64,000 bases of DNA from an uncultured Chloroflexia bacterium (lineage in GTDB: Bacteria > Chloroflexota > Limnocylindria > Limnocylindrales > CSP1-4). Shown one piece after another: positions 40,504-50,455 of this stretch; the first letter of the stretch is position 1, and every line of letters begins with the position of its first letter. A program made the position numbers and the translations under genes. Under the pieces are notes generated by a model. That model made no database searches. It was given only the letters and a program-made list of their open reading frames with translations, and was not told the DNA's origin. The stretch covers positions 2,048,001 through 2,112,000 of the forward strand of contig CAWHDR010000001.1 in NCBI GenBank assembly GCA_963828165.1. Reading direction: 5' to 3'.

Positions 40504-41889
40504 GTGACGTCCACGACCACCGACGCCTTCTCCATCCCTGGCCTGCGCGCCGCCATCGGCGGCCGGGTGATCACGTCTGACGACCCGGAGTACGACAAGG
40601 CCAGGTCCGTCGTCGCCGGCGGCATCGATCGCCGGCCGCTCGTCATCGTCCGTCCCGCCAACGCCGACGATGTCGCCAAGGTCGTCACGATCGCCAGCGA
40701 CACCGGGCTCCCGCTCGCGGTCCGCTGCGGCGGTCACAGCGCGGCGGGGCACTCCGTCGTCGAGGACGGGATCGTGCTCGACCTGCGCGATATGAAGGCG
40801 CTCGAGATCGACGTCGAGGGCCGGACCGCCTGGGCAGAGGCCGGCCTGACCGCCGGTGAGTACACGACCGCGGCAGCGGCTCACGATCTGGCGACCGGCT
40901 TCGGGGACACGGGTTCGGTCGGGCTCGGCGGGATCACGCTCGGCGGGGGAGTCGGCTATCTCGTTCGCAAGCACGGCTTGACGATCGACTCACTGCTGGC
41001 CGCCGACATCGTGACCGCCGACGGCCAGCTCCGTCGCGTCGATGCCGAGCATCACCCGGATCTGTTCTGGGCGGTCCGCGGTGGCGGCGGCAACTTCGGC
41101 GTGGCCACCCGCTTCCGATTCCAGCTGCATCCGCTCGAGTCGACCGTTGGCGGCATGCTGATCCTGCCGGCCACGGCGGAGACGATCGCAGGGTTCATCG
41201 CGGCCGCCGAGGCGGCGCCCGAGGAGCTGTCGACCATCGCGAACATCATGCCCTGCCCGCCGATGCCGTTCGTGCCCGACGAATACCACGGGAAGCTCGT
41301 GAACATGGCGCTCATGACGTATGCGGGCGACAGCGATGCCGGCGAGCGCGCCCTCGCCCCGTTCCGAGCCCTCGCGACGCCCATCGCCGACATGCTCAAG
41401 ACGCAGCCCTACCCGGATATGTACCCGCCGGAGGACGATTTGTACCATCCCCTCGCCATCGCCCGGACGATGTTCATCGATCGCGTCGACCAGGCCGTGG
41501 CCGAGACGATCATGGAGTTCCTGAAGAACTCGGACGCGGCCATGCGCGTGGCGCAACTACGCGTCCTGGGCGGGGAGATGGCCCGCGTGCCGGCGGATGC
41601 CACGGCCTTCGCCCACCGCACGAATCGGATCATGGTCAACGTCGCCTCCTTCTACGAGGGCCCCGATGACAAGCCGATCCGCGAGGCCTGGGTCGCCGAA
41701 TTCGTCGCGGCCATCCACCAGGGTGACCCCGCCGCGTATGTGAACTTCCTCGGCGACGAGGGCGAGGGCCGCGTCCGGGCCGCCTATCCCGGGACGACCT
41801 GGGACCGCCTGGCCGAGATCAAGCGTCGCTACGATCCGACGAACCTCTTCCGGCTCAACCAGAACATCCCGCCCGCGCCGAGCGCCTGA
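40504..41889 (+). CDS. FAD-linked oxidoreductase (VAO/BBE family)
   Basis: RCGGHS, LGGGVG, RGGGGNFGV, YVNF, KRRYDP.N.F..NQNI. Confidence 0.93.
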   Translation: MTSTTTDAFSIPGLRAAIGGRVITSDDPEYDKARSVVAGGIDRRPLVIVRPANADDVAKVVTIASDTGLPLAVRCGGHSAAGHSVVEDGIVLDLRDMKALEIDVEGRTAWAEAGLTAGEYTTAAAAHDLATGFGDTGSVGLGGITLGGGVGYLVRKHGLTIDSLLAADIVTADGQLRRVDAEHHPDLFWAVRGGGGNFGVATRFRFQLHPLESTVGGMLILPATAETIAGFIAAAEAAPEELSTIANIMPCPPMPFVPDEYHGKLVNMALMTYAGDSDAGERALAPFRALATPIADMLKTQPYPDMYPPEDDLYHPLAIARTMFIDRVDQAVAETIMEFLKNSDAAMRVAQLRVLGGEMARVPADATAFAHRTNRIMVNVASFYEGPDDKPIREAWVAEFVAAIHQGDPAAYVNFLGDEGEGRVRAAYPGTTWDRLAEIKRRYDPTNLFRLNQNIPPAPSA

Positions 41890-42216
41890 TGGGCGGGCCG
41901 GCCCCACGACCGAGGTCGATCCGCGGTTCAGCAGCACGGGCGCGACCGCGACGCCGTGGCCGGAGGCTCGCGCCCAGCTGGACCCTCGGGCGTCTGGCGG
42001 CCGCGTATCTTCCGACGTGCGACCGGGTGTTCGTGTTCGAGGCGCGCGACGGCGAGCTGCACGCCGAAGGCAGTGCCGACCCGGCCCTCGCGTTCGAGGT
42101 GCGTGCCACGAAGGCATTCGGGTTCGAGAAGGGCGCGTCGTTCAGCCAGACCCGCTACCGCTTCGAACCGCAGCGCTTCGGGCGGCCGAGATCCGCGCAC
42201 GTGGGAGGACATTGAC

Positions 42217-42666
42217 ATGCGTTTCCGCACGACGATCCTGCGGGGCGACAAGACAGCGACCGGCATCCGCGTCCCGGCCGAGATCGTCGAGGCGCTCGGC
42301 AAGGGCAAGCGCCCCCCGGTCAAGGTCACGATCAACGGGTTCACGTACCGGAACACCATCGCCGTGATGGACGGCGACTACATGGTCGGTGTCAGCGCGG
42401 AGAACCGGGCAGGCGCCGGGGTGGGTGGCGGCGATCAGGTCGATGTCGACATCGAGCTCGATAGCGAGCCGCGCGTGGTGACCCTTCCGCCCGACTTCGA
42501 TGCGGCGCTCGACGCCGAGCCAGACGCACGACGCACGTTCGAGAGCCTCTCGCCCAGCAACAAGGGTTGGCACGTGCTCCAGGTCGAGGGCGCCAAGACC
42601 GACGAGACGCGGCAGCGCCGTATCGCGAAGCAGGTCGATGCGTTGCGTGACGGTCGCGCCCGGTAG
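42217..42666 (+). CDS. DUF1905 + OmdA (YdeI-like) protein
   Basis: GKRPPVKVTING, AKTDETRQRRI; GGAGG RBS. Confidence 0.9.
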   Translation: MRFRTTILRGDKTATGIRVPAEIVEALGKGKRPPVKVTINGFTYRNTIAVMDGDYMVGVSAENRAGAGVGGGDQVDVDIELDSEPRVVTLPPDFDAALDAEPDARRTFESLSPSNKGWHVLQVEGAKTDETRQRRIAKQVDALRDGRAR

Positions 42667-42683
42667 GAGCCGGTTTCGAGACC

Positions 42684-43577
42684 CTATGTCAGCCCTGCCC
42701 CCGCGGCTCGCGCGTCCTCGACCAGTGATTCCAGCGCGTCGTCATCGGCCGCCGAGTCGCGCACGAGGCCGATCACCCGGCTGACGCCGAGCTCGCGATA
42801 CGCGGCGAGCCGGTCGACCCGTCGCGCGCCACGCTCCGTGATGTCCTCGCGCCAGACGTGCACCGACACCGAAAGGGTTGCCGGATCGCGCCCGATCTCC
42901 TCACAGCGGCCGCGGATCACGGGGAGCGCCTCCGCGAGCTCCGTCGGCGTCAGCCCGTCCACGTTGAGCTCGTCCGCGTGACGCGCGGCGAGGCGCCAGG
43001 TCACGTTGGGCCCGTTGCCGCCGACCATGATCGGGACGCGCGGCCGCTGGATGGGCTTGGGAACGTTGATCGCGTCGCGGACGCTCGAATAGCGGCCTTC
43101 ATGGGTCGCATGCCGATGCTCGTCGCCATCGAGCATCCGGGTGATGACCTCGAGGTCATCGGCCAGCCGTGCCAGGCGTTCCTTGGTCTCGGGGAAGCCG
43201 TATCCGTAGGCCAGCCACTCGTCGCGCTTCCAACCGGCCCCGATCCCGAGCTCCATCCGGCCGCCGCTGATCGAATCCATCGTGGCGATCATCTTCGCGG
43301 TCAGGGCCGGGTTCCGAAACGCCGTGCAGATCACGACGTGTCCGAGCCGGACGCGCTCGGTCAACGCGGCCAGGGCCGATAGCGACGTGAACGACTCGAA
43401 GGTGATCTCGTCGGTCGGGCGCGGGACCGTATGGAAATGGTCGAACAGCCAGATGGACTCGAAGCCGAGCCGCTCGGCTTCTTGCGCGACCGTGGTCGTG
43501 CGCCGCCACGCGTCGAGTGGGTCCCAGCCGTCGTACTCGCCGACCCAGCCCTGCGGGACGATCGCACCAAGCTTCAT
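42684..43577 (-). CDS. LLM-class (probably F420-dependent) oxidoreductase
   Basis: WLFDHF, RNPALTAK, GRMELGIGAGW, MVGGNG. Confidence 0.9.
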   Translation of the reverse strand: MKLGAIVPQGWVGEYDGWDPLDAWRRTTTVAQEAERLGFESIWLFDHFHTVPRPTDEITFESFTSLSALAALTERVRLGHVVICTAFRNPALTAKMIATMDSISGGRMELGIGAGWKRDEWLAYGYGFPETKERLARLADDLEVITRMLDGDEHRHATHEGRYSSVRDAINVPKPIQRPRVPIMVGGNGPNVTWRLAARHADELNVDGLTPTELAEALPVIRGRCEEIGRDPATLSVSVHVWREDITERGARRVDRLAAYRELGVSRVIGLVRDSAADDDALESLVEDARAAGAGLT

Positions 43578-43912
43578 GGTGCCGACTCGGCGAGTTCCAC
43601 CACGGTCTCGCCTCCGAACGCCATCGCCCGACCCACCTGGAACGTATCGGCGATCGCGTTCCACGCCTCGAAACCCGGGTGGGCGTCGTGCGCATGGTGG
43701 CCCTCGCCGCTCGCGAAGATCACGGACACGAGGTACTGCGTCGCGCCCTTGACCGGTCGGGTGGAGATGTCCATCCGGCTGAGCGTCGCGTGAACGAGCA
43801 GGCCGCGCGCCTGGAGGTCCCGCCACACCGGCAGCTCATGTTCGCGGAACCCAGCCTCGAATTCGTCGACGCGATCCTCGCCCACGCTCAGGATGACGAC
43901 CACCGTTTCCAT
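43574..43912 (-). CDS. Hypothetical protein (possible dimeric alpha-beta barrel)
   Basis: GGAGG RBS; ATGA overlap with the LLM gene; HHAHD..PGF motif. Confidence 0.7.
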   Translation of the reverse strand: METVVVILSVGEDRVDEFEAGFREHELPVWRDLQARGLLVHATLSRMDISTRPVKGATQYLVSVIFASGEGHHAHDAHPGFEAWNAIADTFQVGRAMAFGGETVVELAESAP

Positions 43913-43966
43913 GCGCGCACCTCCGCCGCACATCATCGGCCGTCGTGGGCGATGGTGCCGAACGGG

Positions 43967-45169
43967 TCAGGCGTTGAGCGCGGAGAGCCCCACTGGCGCG
44001 GCGAGTGCGGCGACCGAGGCCGCAGCCCCGACGCGCTGGAACAGCTCGCGATACTGGGCTCCGACCTCCGACCAGACCATCTTGCGGCTGTGGTCGTACG
44101 CCTTGCGGCCAAGCGCGGCTCGAAGTTTGTCGTCACCGAGCACCTTGTTGAGCGCGGCCGCGAAGGGGCCAGGTGAGGGTTCTGGCACGAGCAAGCCCCG
44201 CCCGCCGGCGAGCAGCTCGGCGGCGTAGGCGTACGGCGTCGACACGATGGCACGACCGGCGCCCATCGCGTACGAGAGCGTGCCCGACACGGTCTGGTCC
44301 AGGTTGGGATATGGGGTGACGACGATGTCGGCGGCCTGCAGCCAGCGGGTCATCGCGACGCGGTGGGCGAACTCGTCGACGAACCGGACATGGCCTCCGA
44401 GCTTGAGCGCCTTGACTCGGGCGACCAGGGTCGCTCGATACGACTCCCCGTCCGCTTCCAGCAGGTCGGGATGCGTCACGCCCACGATCACGTAGGTCAC
44501 GTCGGGGTTCGCTTCGATCACCGCCGGGAGCGCTTCGAGCATCAGCTCGTGTCCCTTCGTCGGGCCCAGCAGGCCGAAGCTCAGGATCACCCGGCGTCCC
44601 TCGAGACCGAGGCTCGCCTTGATCACCGCCGTGTCGGCCATGGGCAGGTCGGGTACGCCGTGGGGGATCACGTTGAGGCGGTGCGGGTCGACGCCATAGC
44701 CCTTCTTGAGGAGCGTCGCCGCCGATTGGGACATCACGACCGTCGCGTCGACGCTGGCAACCAGGTCCGCGAGAACGGTCCGCTGCCGGGTCGTCGGCGT
44801 TCGCGGGATCGCGTGAAGCGTGGCCACCGCGGGGACATTCAATGCCTCGACGAGATCGAAGACGTATTCGCCCTGATCGCCACCCCAGGTGTCGTAGTCG
44901 AATTGGAGGGAGACGGCCTCGACGCAGGCTCCCAGCGCACGTCCGGTCGCGGCATAGTCGGAGCGCTCATCGCGGCGGATCCGGTGATGGACCTCGAGGG
45001 GGAACGGTGTGCCCCGTCCGGGTGGGAGCAGGACGGCGATCTCGCGGTCACCTGTCGCAGCCGCCAGATCGCGTGTGAACGTTGCGATCCCACAGCGACG
45101 CGGGGGGTAACTGGAGACGAAGGCAGTCCGGGCGATGACGTAGGTCCTCTCGGTCGACCGGAGCGGCAA
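43967..45169 (-). CDS. Glycosyltransferase family 4
   Basis: YPPRRCGIATFT, IPHG, FGLL.P.KG.E, SGTLSYAMG, STPY. Start uncertain. Confidence 0.9.
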   Translation of the reverse strand: MPLRSTERTYVIARTAFVSSYPPRRCGIATFTRDLAAATGDREIAVLLPPGRGTPFPLEVHHRIRRDERSDYAATGRALGACVEAVSLQFDYDTWGGDQGEYVFDLVEALNVPAVATLHAIPRTPTTRQRTVLADLVASVDATVVMSQSAATLLKKGYGVDPHRLNVIPHGVPDLPMADTAVIKASLGLEGRRVILSFGLLGPTKGHELMLEALPAVIEANPDVTYVIVGVTHPDLLEADGESYRATLVARVKALKLGGHVRFVDEFAHRVAMTRWLQAADIVVTPYPNLDQTVSGTLSYAMGAGRAIVSTPYAYAAELLAGGRGLLVPEPSPGPFAAALNKVLGDDKLRAALGRKAYDHSRKMVWSEVGAQYRELFQRVGAAASVAALAAPVGLSALNA

Positions 45170-45273
45170 CCGGTCCGCGCTGGGACGGGCGCTCCGTGAG
45201 CCGGTGTCTTGTGCGGAGAGGGTACAGCGGCCAGCCCGATGTGGGTCGGCCGCTATTCCGTGAAGTCCGAGGG

Positions 45274-45300
45274 AGCGGCCCGTCCGATGGGCGGGCCGCT
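45274..45300. terminator. Stem-loop after the cold-shock gene
   Basis: AGCGGCCCGTCC/GGGCGGGCCGCT 12-bp stem. Confidence 0.5.
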
Positions 45301-45309
45301 CGATGCGGG

Positions 45310-45513
45310 CTAGGCGGAGCGCACGTTGTTAGCGCGCGGGCCCTTGGGGCTCTGCTCGACGTCAAAGACGACGGGCTCGCCGCCGACAAGGCGGTCGAAA
45401 TCGAGCGAGGTATCAAGCCCACCGCGATGGAAGAAGTATTCCTTCTCATCCTCGGCGGAGATGAAGCCGAAGCCGCGATCGGCGACGACCTTCTTGATGG
45501 TACCGGTGGTCAT
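45310..45513 (-). CDS. Cold-shock domain protein
   Basis: MTTGTIKK...RGFGFI...YFFH...KGPRANNV; GGAGG RBS. Confidence 0.93.
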   Translation of the reverse strand: MTTGTIKKVVADRGFGFISAEDEKEYFFHRGGLDTSLDFDRLVGGEPVVFDVEQSPKGPRANNVRSA

Positions 45514-45688
45514 GAGGACCTCCAACACTTCCCGAACACGGAGAGAAGACGCACGGCCCGTTCGAGAAGGAGATCGACCACGCGGAGCATCGCCACGCAG
45601 TGCGGCGATACCCCACCTTACCACACCGATTCGCCGATTCCGGCCCTCCGGCCCGGGAGTCGCTCGCGATTCGAGGCTCGATTCGCCC

Positions 45689-47626
45689 CTAATTCGCCGC
45701 GACGAAGGCGTCGACATCGACCAGCGGGCGGCCGGGTGTGCCGTCGACGCGAATGCTGACCGTGCGGGCGGCCGAGGTCGACCAGTTGCGCGCCCACACG
45801 ACCCGCTGGTTGCCGTAGGTCGGGGCATACAGGTCGACCGTCGCGACCTTGGTGCCGTTGACGGAGACCGTGGCCACACCGCGGTTGGGCCCGGTCCGCG
45901 CGACCCACGCGGCGGCGCGCCCGGTGAAGGACAGCGTCGCCTGAGCTCCGGCCGTGCCCGAGCGCTTGGCCGCCCCGCCCCAGTAGGCCGCCGGGTCCGA
46001 CACGGTCGTCCAGGACCCGCTGTAGGTGATGGCGCTGTTGAACTCGCTGTAGCGGGCCAGCCAGAACGGCGTCCCGAACACCCACGCTCCGACGTTGCCG
46101 GCCTTGTCCACGGCGCGCACCCGGAAGCGGTACGTGTGCAGGCTTGACAGCGAGCGGTCGGCGGTCGGCGCGGTGAGCGTCGTCGAGACGACCGTCCACG
46201 CGCCGCCGTCGGTGCTCTGGAGCAGCTCGTAGCGGGCGATCCCGCTCGTGGCGTCCGTGCCCGACCAGGGCACGCGCAGGGTGATCCGGCCGGCGTCGAT
46301 GGTGGTCGCCGCCACCAGGCCTCGGCGCGGCTCGGTGGCCGTCGGGGCGACCGTGTCGAGCACGATCGTGTCGGTCTTGACGGCGCTCCAGTTGTTGGCT
46401 GCGTCCTTCCACTTGGCATACACCGTCCGGATGCCGTTCGTGGCCGGCAGGGTCCAGGACTGGCTGGCGGCATACGGCCGGGTCGTCCAGTTGACTCCGT
46501 CATTCGACAGCTCGACCTGGCTGACGCTCGAGTCCGCGTCGGTCGCCGGCACCGCCAGCGTGACCGACGACGTCGCCGTCACGGCCCGGCCGCCCGCGAT
46601 CGTGACCGAGCCGCTGGGACCCGTTGAGTCGAGGCCCACCACGTCGAGATCCATCGGCGAGCTTTGGCTTGGGTCGGTGTTGGGACTGCCCGGATAGAAC
46701 GCGATCAGCGAGTGCGATCCGACCCCGAGCTCGTTGCGGACGATGAACGCGACGAGGGTCGTTTCACCGACACCGGTTTCCGGCGAGATGCCAACGAACC
46801 ACCCGTGGTCTGGGCTCTTACCGACCCGCGCATCGATCGCTGTCTCCGGCGGCGGGTCCACGGTGACCCGGAACGTGACGCTCTCTTCGGTGGTGATCTC
46901 GGCCGGCAGGATCTCCAGGGTCGTCGTCGTCGCGTGTGCGAAAACGGACTGCACGATCGACGGGCCGCAGTCCTCCATGAAATCGATGTTCCCGGAGAAG
47001 CAGGCCTTGATCGGATAGTCGAACGTAGCCGTCGGCGTCCAGGTCACGTCGGTGACGCCGCCATCGCCGATCGGGACCGGCAGATTGATCATGCCCGAGT
47101 GGTCCGCGCGGACCACCTGGACCGAGCCTCCCCCCGGGTCGGGCTCCACTGTGATCCGAAGTCCAACAGGTTCACCGCGGAGAGACGGGCTGCCGTCACT
47201 CTCCAGGGTCACCGTGACCGGCGTCCGGTCGTCGATGACCTCGACCACCACGGCATCGCTGGTCGACGGTGCGGAGGATTCGCTGCCGTTGTACGTCGCC
47301 ACGAAGGTGTGCGTCCCGGCTGTCAGCCCATTGGGCAGCGACAGATGCGCGACGCCGTTCGGGCTGATCTCGTCCTCGACCAGCCCGACGCCATTCCGCA
47401 CCAGGGTGACCGTGCCGCCGTCGTCAGGAGATGGGCGAACCACGACCATGAATGAGACGGGATCCCAGATACCGATCGGCCCGGCGGGCTCGCGAAGCTC
47501 CGTCGTCGTGGCCACCGGCTCGGCGCCCGCGACGGCGGACATGCCAACCGGACCGAGTGTGGCAATGAGAGCGGCAACCAGCAGCGATGTCGCCCACCTC
47601 GAATGGCGAACGCGACCTCGGATCAT
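45689..47626 (-). CDS. Secreted Ig-like/FnIII multidomain surface protein
   Basis: Signal peptide; Big_3-like repeats (GTH...ATY.G), KDAANNWS, FRVRAVDKAGN. Confidence 0.82.
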   Translation of the reverse strand: MIRGRVRHSRWATSLLVAALIATLGPVGMSAVAGAEPVATTTELREPAGPIGIWDPVSFMVVVRPSPDDGGTVTLVRNGVGLVEDEISPNGVAHLSLPNGLTAGTHTFVATYNGSESSAPSTSDAVVVEVIDDRTPVTVTLESDGSPSLRGEPVGLRITVEPDPGGGSVQVVRADHSGMINLPVPIGDGGVTDVTWTPTATFDYPIKACFSGNIDFMEDCGPSIVQSVFAHATTTTLEILPAEITTEESVTFRVTVDPPPETAIDARVGKSPDHGWFVGISPETGVGETTLVAFIVRNELGVGSHSLIAFYPGSPNTDPSQSSPMDLDVVGLDSTGPSGSVTIAGGRAVTATSSVTLAVPATDADSSVSQVELSNDGVNWTTRPYAASQSWTLPATNGIRTVYAKWKDAANNWSAVKTDTIVLDTVAPTATEPRRGLVAATTIDAGRITLRVPWSGTDATSGIARYELLQSTDGGAWTVVSTTLTAPTADRSLSSLHTYRFRVRAVDKAGNVGAWVFGTPFWLARYSEFNSAITYSGSWTTVSDPAAYWGGAAKRSGTAGAQATLSFTGRAAAWVARTGPNRGVATVSVNGTKVATVDLYAPTYGNQRVVWARNWSTSAARTVSIRVDGTPGRPLVDVDAFVAAN

Positions 47627-47795
47627 GAGCGCGGTCGAGCCGGAGCACGGAGCGGCGTGAACGGCATGGTTCCCCTCAGTCGACGCAGGCTTGGGGCGCC
47701 CGGGAGTGCCCTATGCGCGGGAACGTAGCAGAGGCTTCGTGGCCTGTATACAGATCGTCGGTGCGCACGCGCACCTACTATTGGTCCGCCGCGAT

Positions 47796-47816
47796 TGAGA
47801 GCGCTATCAGTACGCT
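47796..47816 (+). promoter_or_regulatory. LacI-type palindrome plus -10
   Basis: TGAGAGCGCTATCA, then TACGCT 6 nt before the ATG. Confidence 0.5.
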
Positions 47817-47822
47817 ACGCGT

Positions 47823-49295
47823 ATGGAACGCTTCGACCTGATCGTGATCGGCGGGGGTCCAGCCGGCACCACTGCGGCCTTGCGCGCGGCTGAGCTCGGG
47901 GCGCGCGTGGCGCTCGTGGAGCGCGACCGACCCGGTGGCACGTGTACGGACGACGGGTGTGCGCCCACGCGCGTGCTCGCAAAGGCTGCTCGTCTGCTCC
48001 GGGACCTCGAGCAACTGCCGGCGTACGGGCTCGGCGCACCTGATGGCTCGAGCGCAGGGCAGGGGAGCGTGGATCTGGCGGCGCTGCTCGCCGCGACCCA
48101 GCGCACTGTCTACGAGCTGCAGGAGAAGAAGCAGCTTGTCGGCCACCTCGCGGGAGCCGGCGTCACCCTGATCGCCGGTCGCGGTCCGGTCGGGTTCTTC
48201 GGCTCGAACACCATTGAGGGTGCCGGAGGCGAGGCCCTGGAGGCAGACCGGTTCATCATCGCGGCGGGAGGCCACGCTCGCCGCCTCCCGTTCCCGGGCA
48301 GCGAGCTCGCACTCACGCACTCAGACGTGTGGGAGCTTCGCACGCTTCCCCGTTCGATGGCGATCGTGGGCGCGGCGGCTACCGGGGCCCAGCTCGCGTC
48401 CGTCTTCGCGGCCTTCGGCACGGCGGTCACGCTCCTGGAGCTCGCCCCTCGCGTCACTCCGGGAGAGGACGAGGACATCTCCGCGGCACTTGCCGCGGCG
48501 TTCACGGCGAATGGCATCGAGGTGATCACCGGCATCAGCGGGGTCGACGCCATCACGCGTGACGACCGCGGACTGCGACTCGCCTACCGGGCCGGCGATC
48601 GACCGGTCGACCTCGACGTCGAGTCCGTGATGCTGGCCGTCGGCTGGCCGGGAAACCTGGACGACCTGCGACTGGAGGAAGCCGGCGTCGAGACGGACCG
48701 TGGGTACATCAAGGTCGACGACCGCTTGCAAACGTCGGCGCCGCACATCTGGGCCGCCGGCGACATCACCGGACGGATGATGCTGGTCCAGAGCGCGACC
48801 TATGAGGGCCGCATCGCCGCCGAGAATGCCATCGGGAACGACGGTCGCGAGCTGCACCACACGATCGTGGCCCACGGTGGCTTCACCGATCCCGAGTATG
48901 GGTCCGTCGGCCTGACCGAAGCCGCCGCGCGCGCCGGCGGCCGCGACGTCGTGACCGGCAAGGTCTCGTACGGCGACCTCGATCGAGCGGTCATCGACCG
49001 GCGCACCGATGGTTTCGCGAAGCTCGTCGTGGACCCAGACACGCATCGGGTGCTGGGCGCCCATGTCATCGGCGAGCAGGCGGTCGAGGTCGTCCAGATC
49101 GCCGCGACGGCGATGGCCGCCGAGATGCCGGTCGAGCAGCTGGCGGAGATCGAGTTCGCGTATCCGACCTTCACGTCGATCATCGGCCTGGCCGCGCGCC
49201 AGGTCGTCCATGCACTGCGACTCGGCGGCGACGTCGAGGCGTGGGAGGCGATGGGCCGGCCGCGCCAGGCGGAATGGGAGCGGCGCGACCCGTAG
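47823..49295 (+). CDS. Class I pyridine nucleotide-disulfide oxidoreductase
   Basis: GGGPAG, GGTCTDDGCAP redox disulfide, AAGD, C-terminal AYPT. Confidence 0.92.
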   Translation: MERFDLIVIGGGPAGTTAALRAAELGARVALVERDRPGGTCTDDGCAPTRVLAKAARLLRDLEQLPAYGLGAPDGSSAGQGSVDLAALLAATQRTVYELQEKKQLVGHLAGAGVTLIAGRGPVGFFGSNTIEGAGGEALEADRFIIAAGGHARRLPFPGSELALTHSDVWELRTLPRSMAIVGAAATGAQLASVFAAFGTAVTLLELAPRVTPGEDEDISAALAAAFTANGIEVITGISGVDAITRDDRGLRLAYRAGDRPVDLDVESVMLAVGWPGNLDDLRLEEAGVETDRGYIKVDDRLQTSAPHIWAAGDITGRMMLVQSATYEGRIAAENAIGNDGRELHHTIVAHGGFTDPEYGSVGLTEAAARAGGRDVVTGKVSYGDLDRAVIDRRTDGFAKLVVDPDTHRVLGAHVIGEQAVEVVQIAATAMAAEMPVEQLAEIEFAYPTFTSIIGLAARQVVHALRLGGDVEAWEAMGRPRQAEWERRDP

Positions 49296-49333
49296 ATTCC
49301 GCGCACCGGAGCCTCCTGCGGCAAACTGGCGCC

Positions 49334-50455
49334 ATGCCGAGAGGTTTCAAGGCGCGGCCGCCACGAGGGCGACCACCCCGCGGGTTCGTGCTCGCGGTGG
49401 GTGCGCTGCTTGTGGTCGCCTGTGCGCCGGGTGGTGGCAGTCAGGGTCCGACGGCCGCGGCACCCTCGGCCTCGCCACCGGCCGCCTCCACCATGTCACC
49501 GGGCGCGCCGACCCCAAGCACCGTCACGGGCGCTTCCCAACCCGCGGCCGGGCCGGTCATGGTACAGATCCGCGAGTTCGATGTCCCGGCCGGCTCACAC
49601 CCGCACGACGTCGCACCCGCTGCGGATGGCGGTGTCTGGTACACCGGGCAGCACAAGGGTGTGCTGGGCCACTTCGATCCGGCCACGGAGGCCATCCGCG
49701 AGATTCCGCTCGGGTCCGGTTCCGCGCCGCACGGCGTCATCACCGGCCCGGATGATGCCGCGTGGATCACGGACGGCGGCCTCAACGCGATCGTCCGTGT
49801 CGATGGCGAGACGGACGAGGTCCGCGCATTCGAACTGCCGGCCGATCGACCGGATGCGAACCTCAACACCGCCGTCTTCGACCCCGCGGGCACGTTGTGG
49901 TTCACCGGCCAGGCCGGCATCTACGGGCGGCTCGACCCGGCAAGCGGCGAGATGGACGTCTTCGACGACCCGGAGGGCCGCGGCCCGTACGGCATCACCG
50001 TCACGCCCGGCGGCGACATCTGGTACGCGTCGCTCGCCGGCAGCCACATCGCCCAGGTCGACACGACGACGGGCGCCGCGACGATCGTCGAACCGCCGAC
50101 GGCCGGCCAGGGTGCCCGACGGGTCTGGTCGGACTCACGCGGCCGGATCTGGGTCAGCGAGTGGGATGCGGGCCAGGTCGCGGTCCACGATCCGGCGACT
50201 GGGGAGTGGCAGGAATGGCCGCTCCCCGGCGAGGGGCCGCAGGCCTACGCGGTCTACGTCGACGAGCGCGACATCGTGTGGCTGACCGACTTCGGCGGGA
50301 ACGCCATCGTGAGGTTCGACCCTGCGACCCAGGCCTTCGATGCCATCAAGCTAACGAGCCCCGACGCCTCCGTGCGCCAGCTCCTGGGTCGGCCCGGCGA
50401 GCTATGGGGCGCCGAATCGGCGGTCGACAAGCTGGTGCTCGTCATCGAGAGCTGA
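49334..50455 (+). CDS. Vgb-like beta-propeller lipoprotein
   Basis: Lipobox VVAC; repeated PH/PY-G-I...DG.VW.T blades. Confidence 0.85.
   Translation: MPRGFKARPPRGRPPRGFVLAVGALLVVACAPGGGSQGPTAAAPSASPPAASTMSPGAPTPSTVTGASQPAAGPVMVQIREFDVPAGSHPHDVAPAADGGVWYTGQHKGVLGHFDPATEAIREIPLGSGSAPHGVITGPDDAAWITDGGLNAIVRVDGETDEVRAFELPADRPDANLNTAVFDPAGTLWFTGQAGIYGRLDPASGEMDVFDDPEGRGPYGITVTPGGDIWYASLAGSHIAQVDTTTGAATIVEPPTAGQGARRVWSDSRGRIWVSEWDAGQVAVHDPATGEWQEWPLPGEGPQAYAVYVDERDIVWLTDFGGNAIVRFDPATQAFDAIKLTSPDASVRQLLGRPGELWGAESAVDKLVLVIES

Noticed and set aside
45514-45625. Structured leader of the cold-shock gene (and the similar leader at 37158-37275)
   Set aside because: Long structured 5' UTRs are normal for such genes; no specific RNA family could be supported by eye.
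47823-49295. merA or lpdA assignment
   Set aside because: Lacks the MerA C-terminal Cys pair and the Lpd HPTxxE motif; no supporting operon context.
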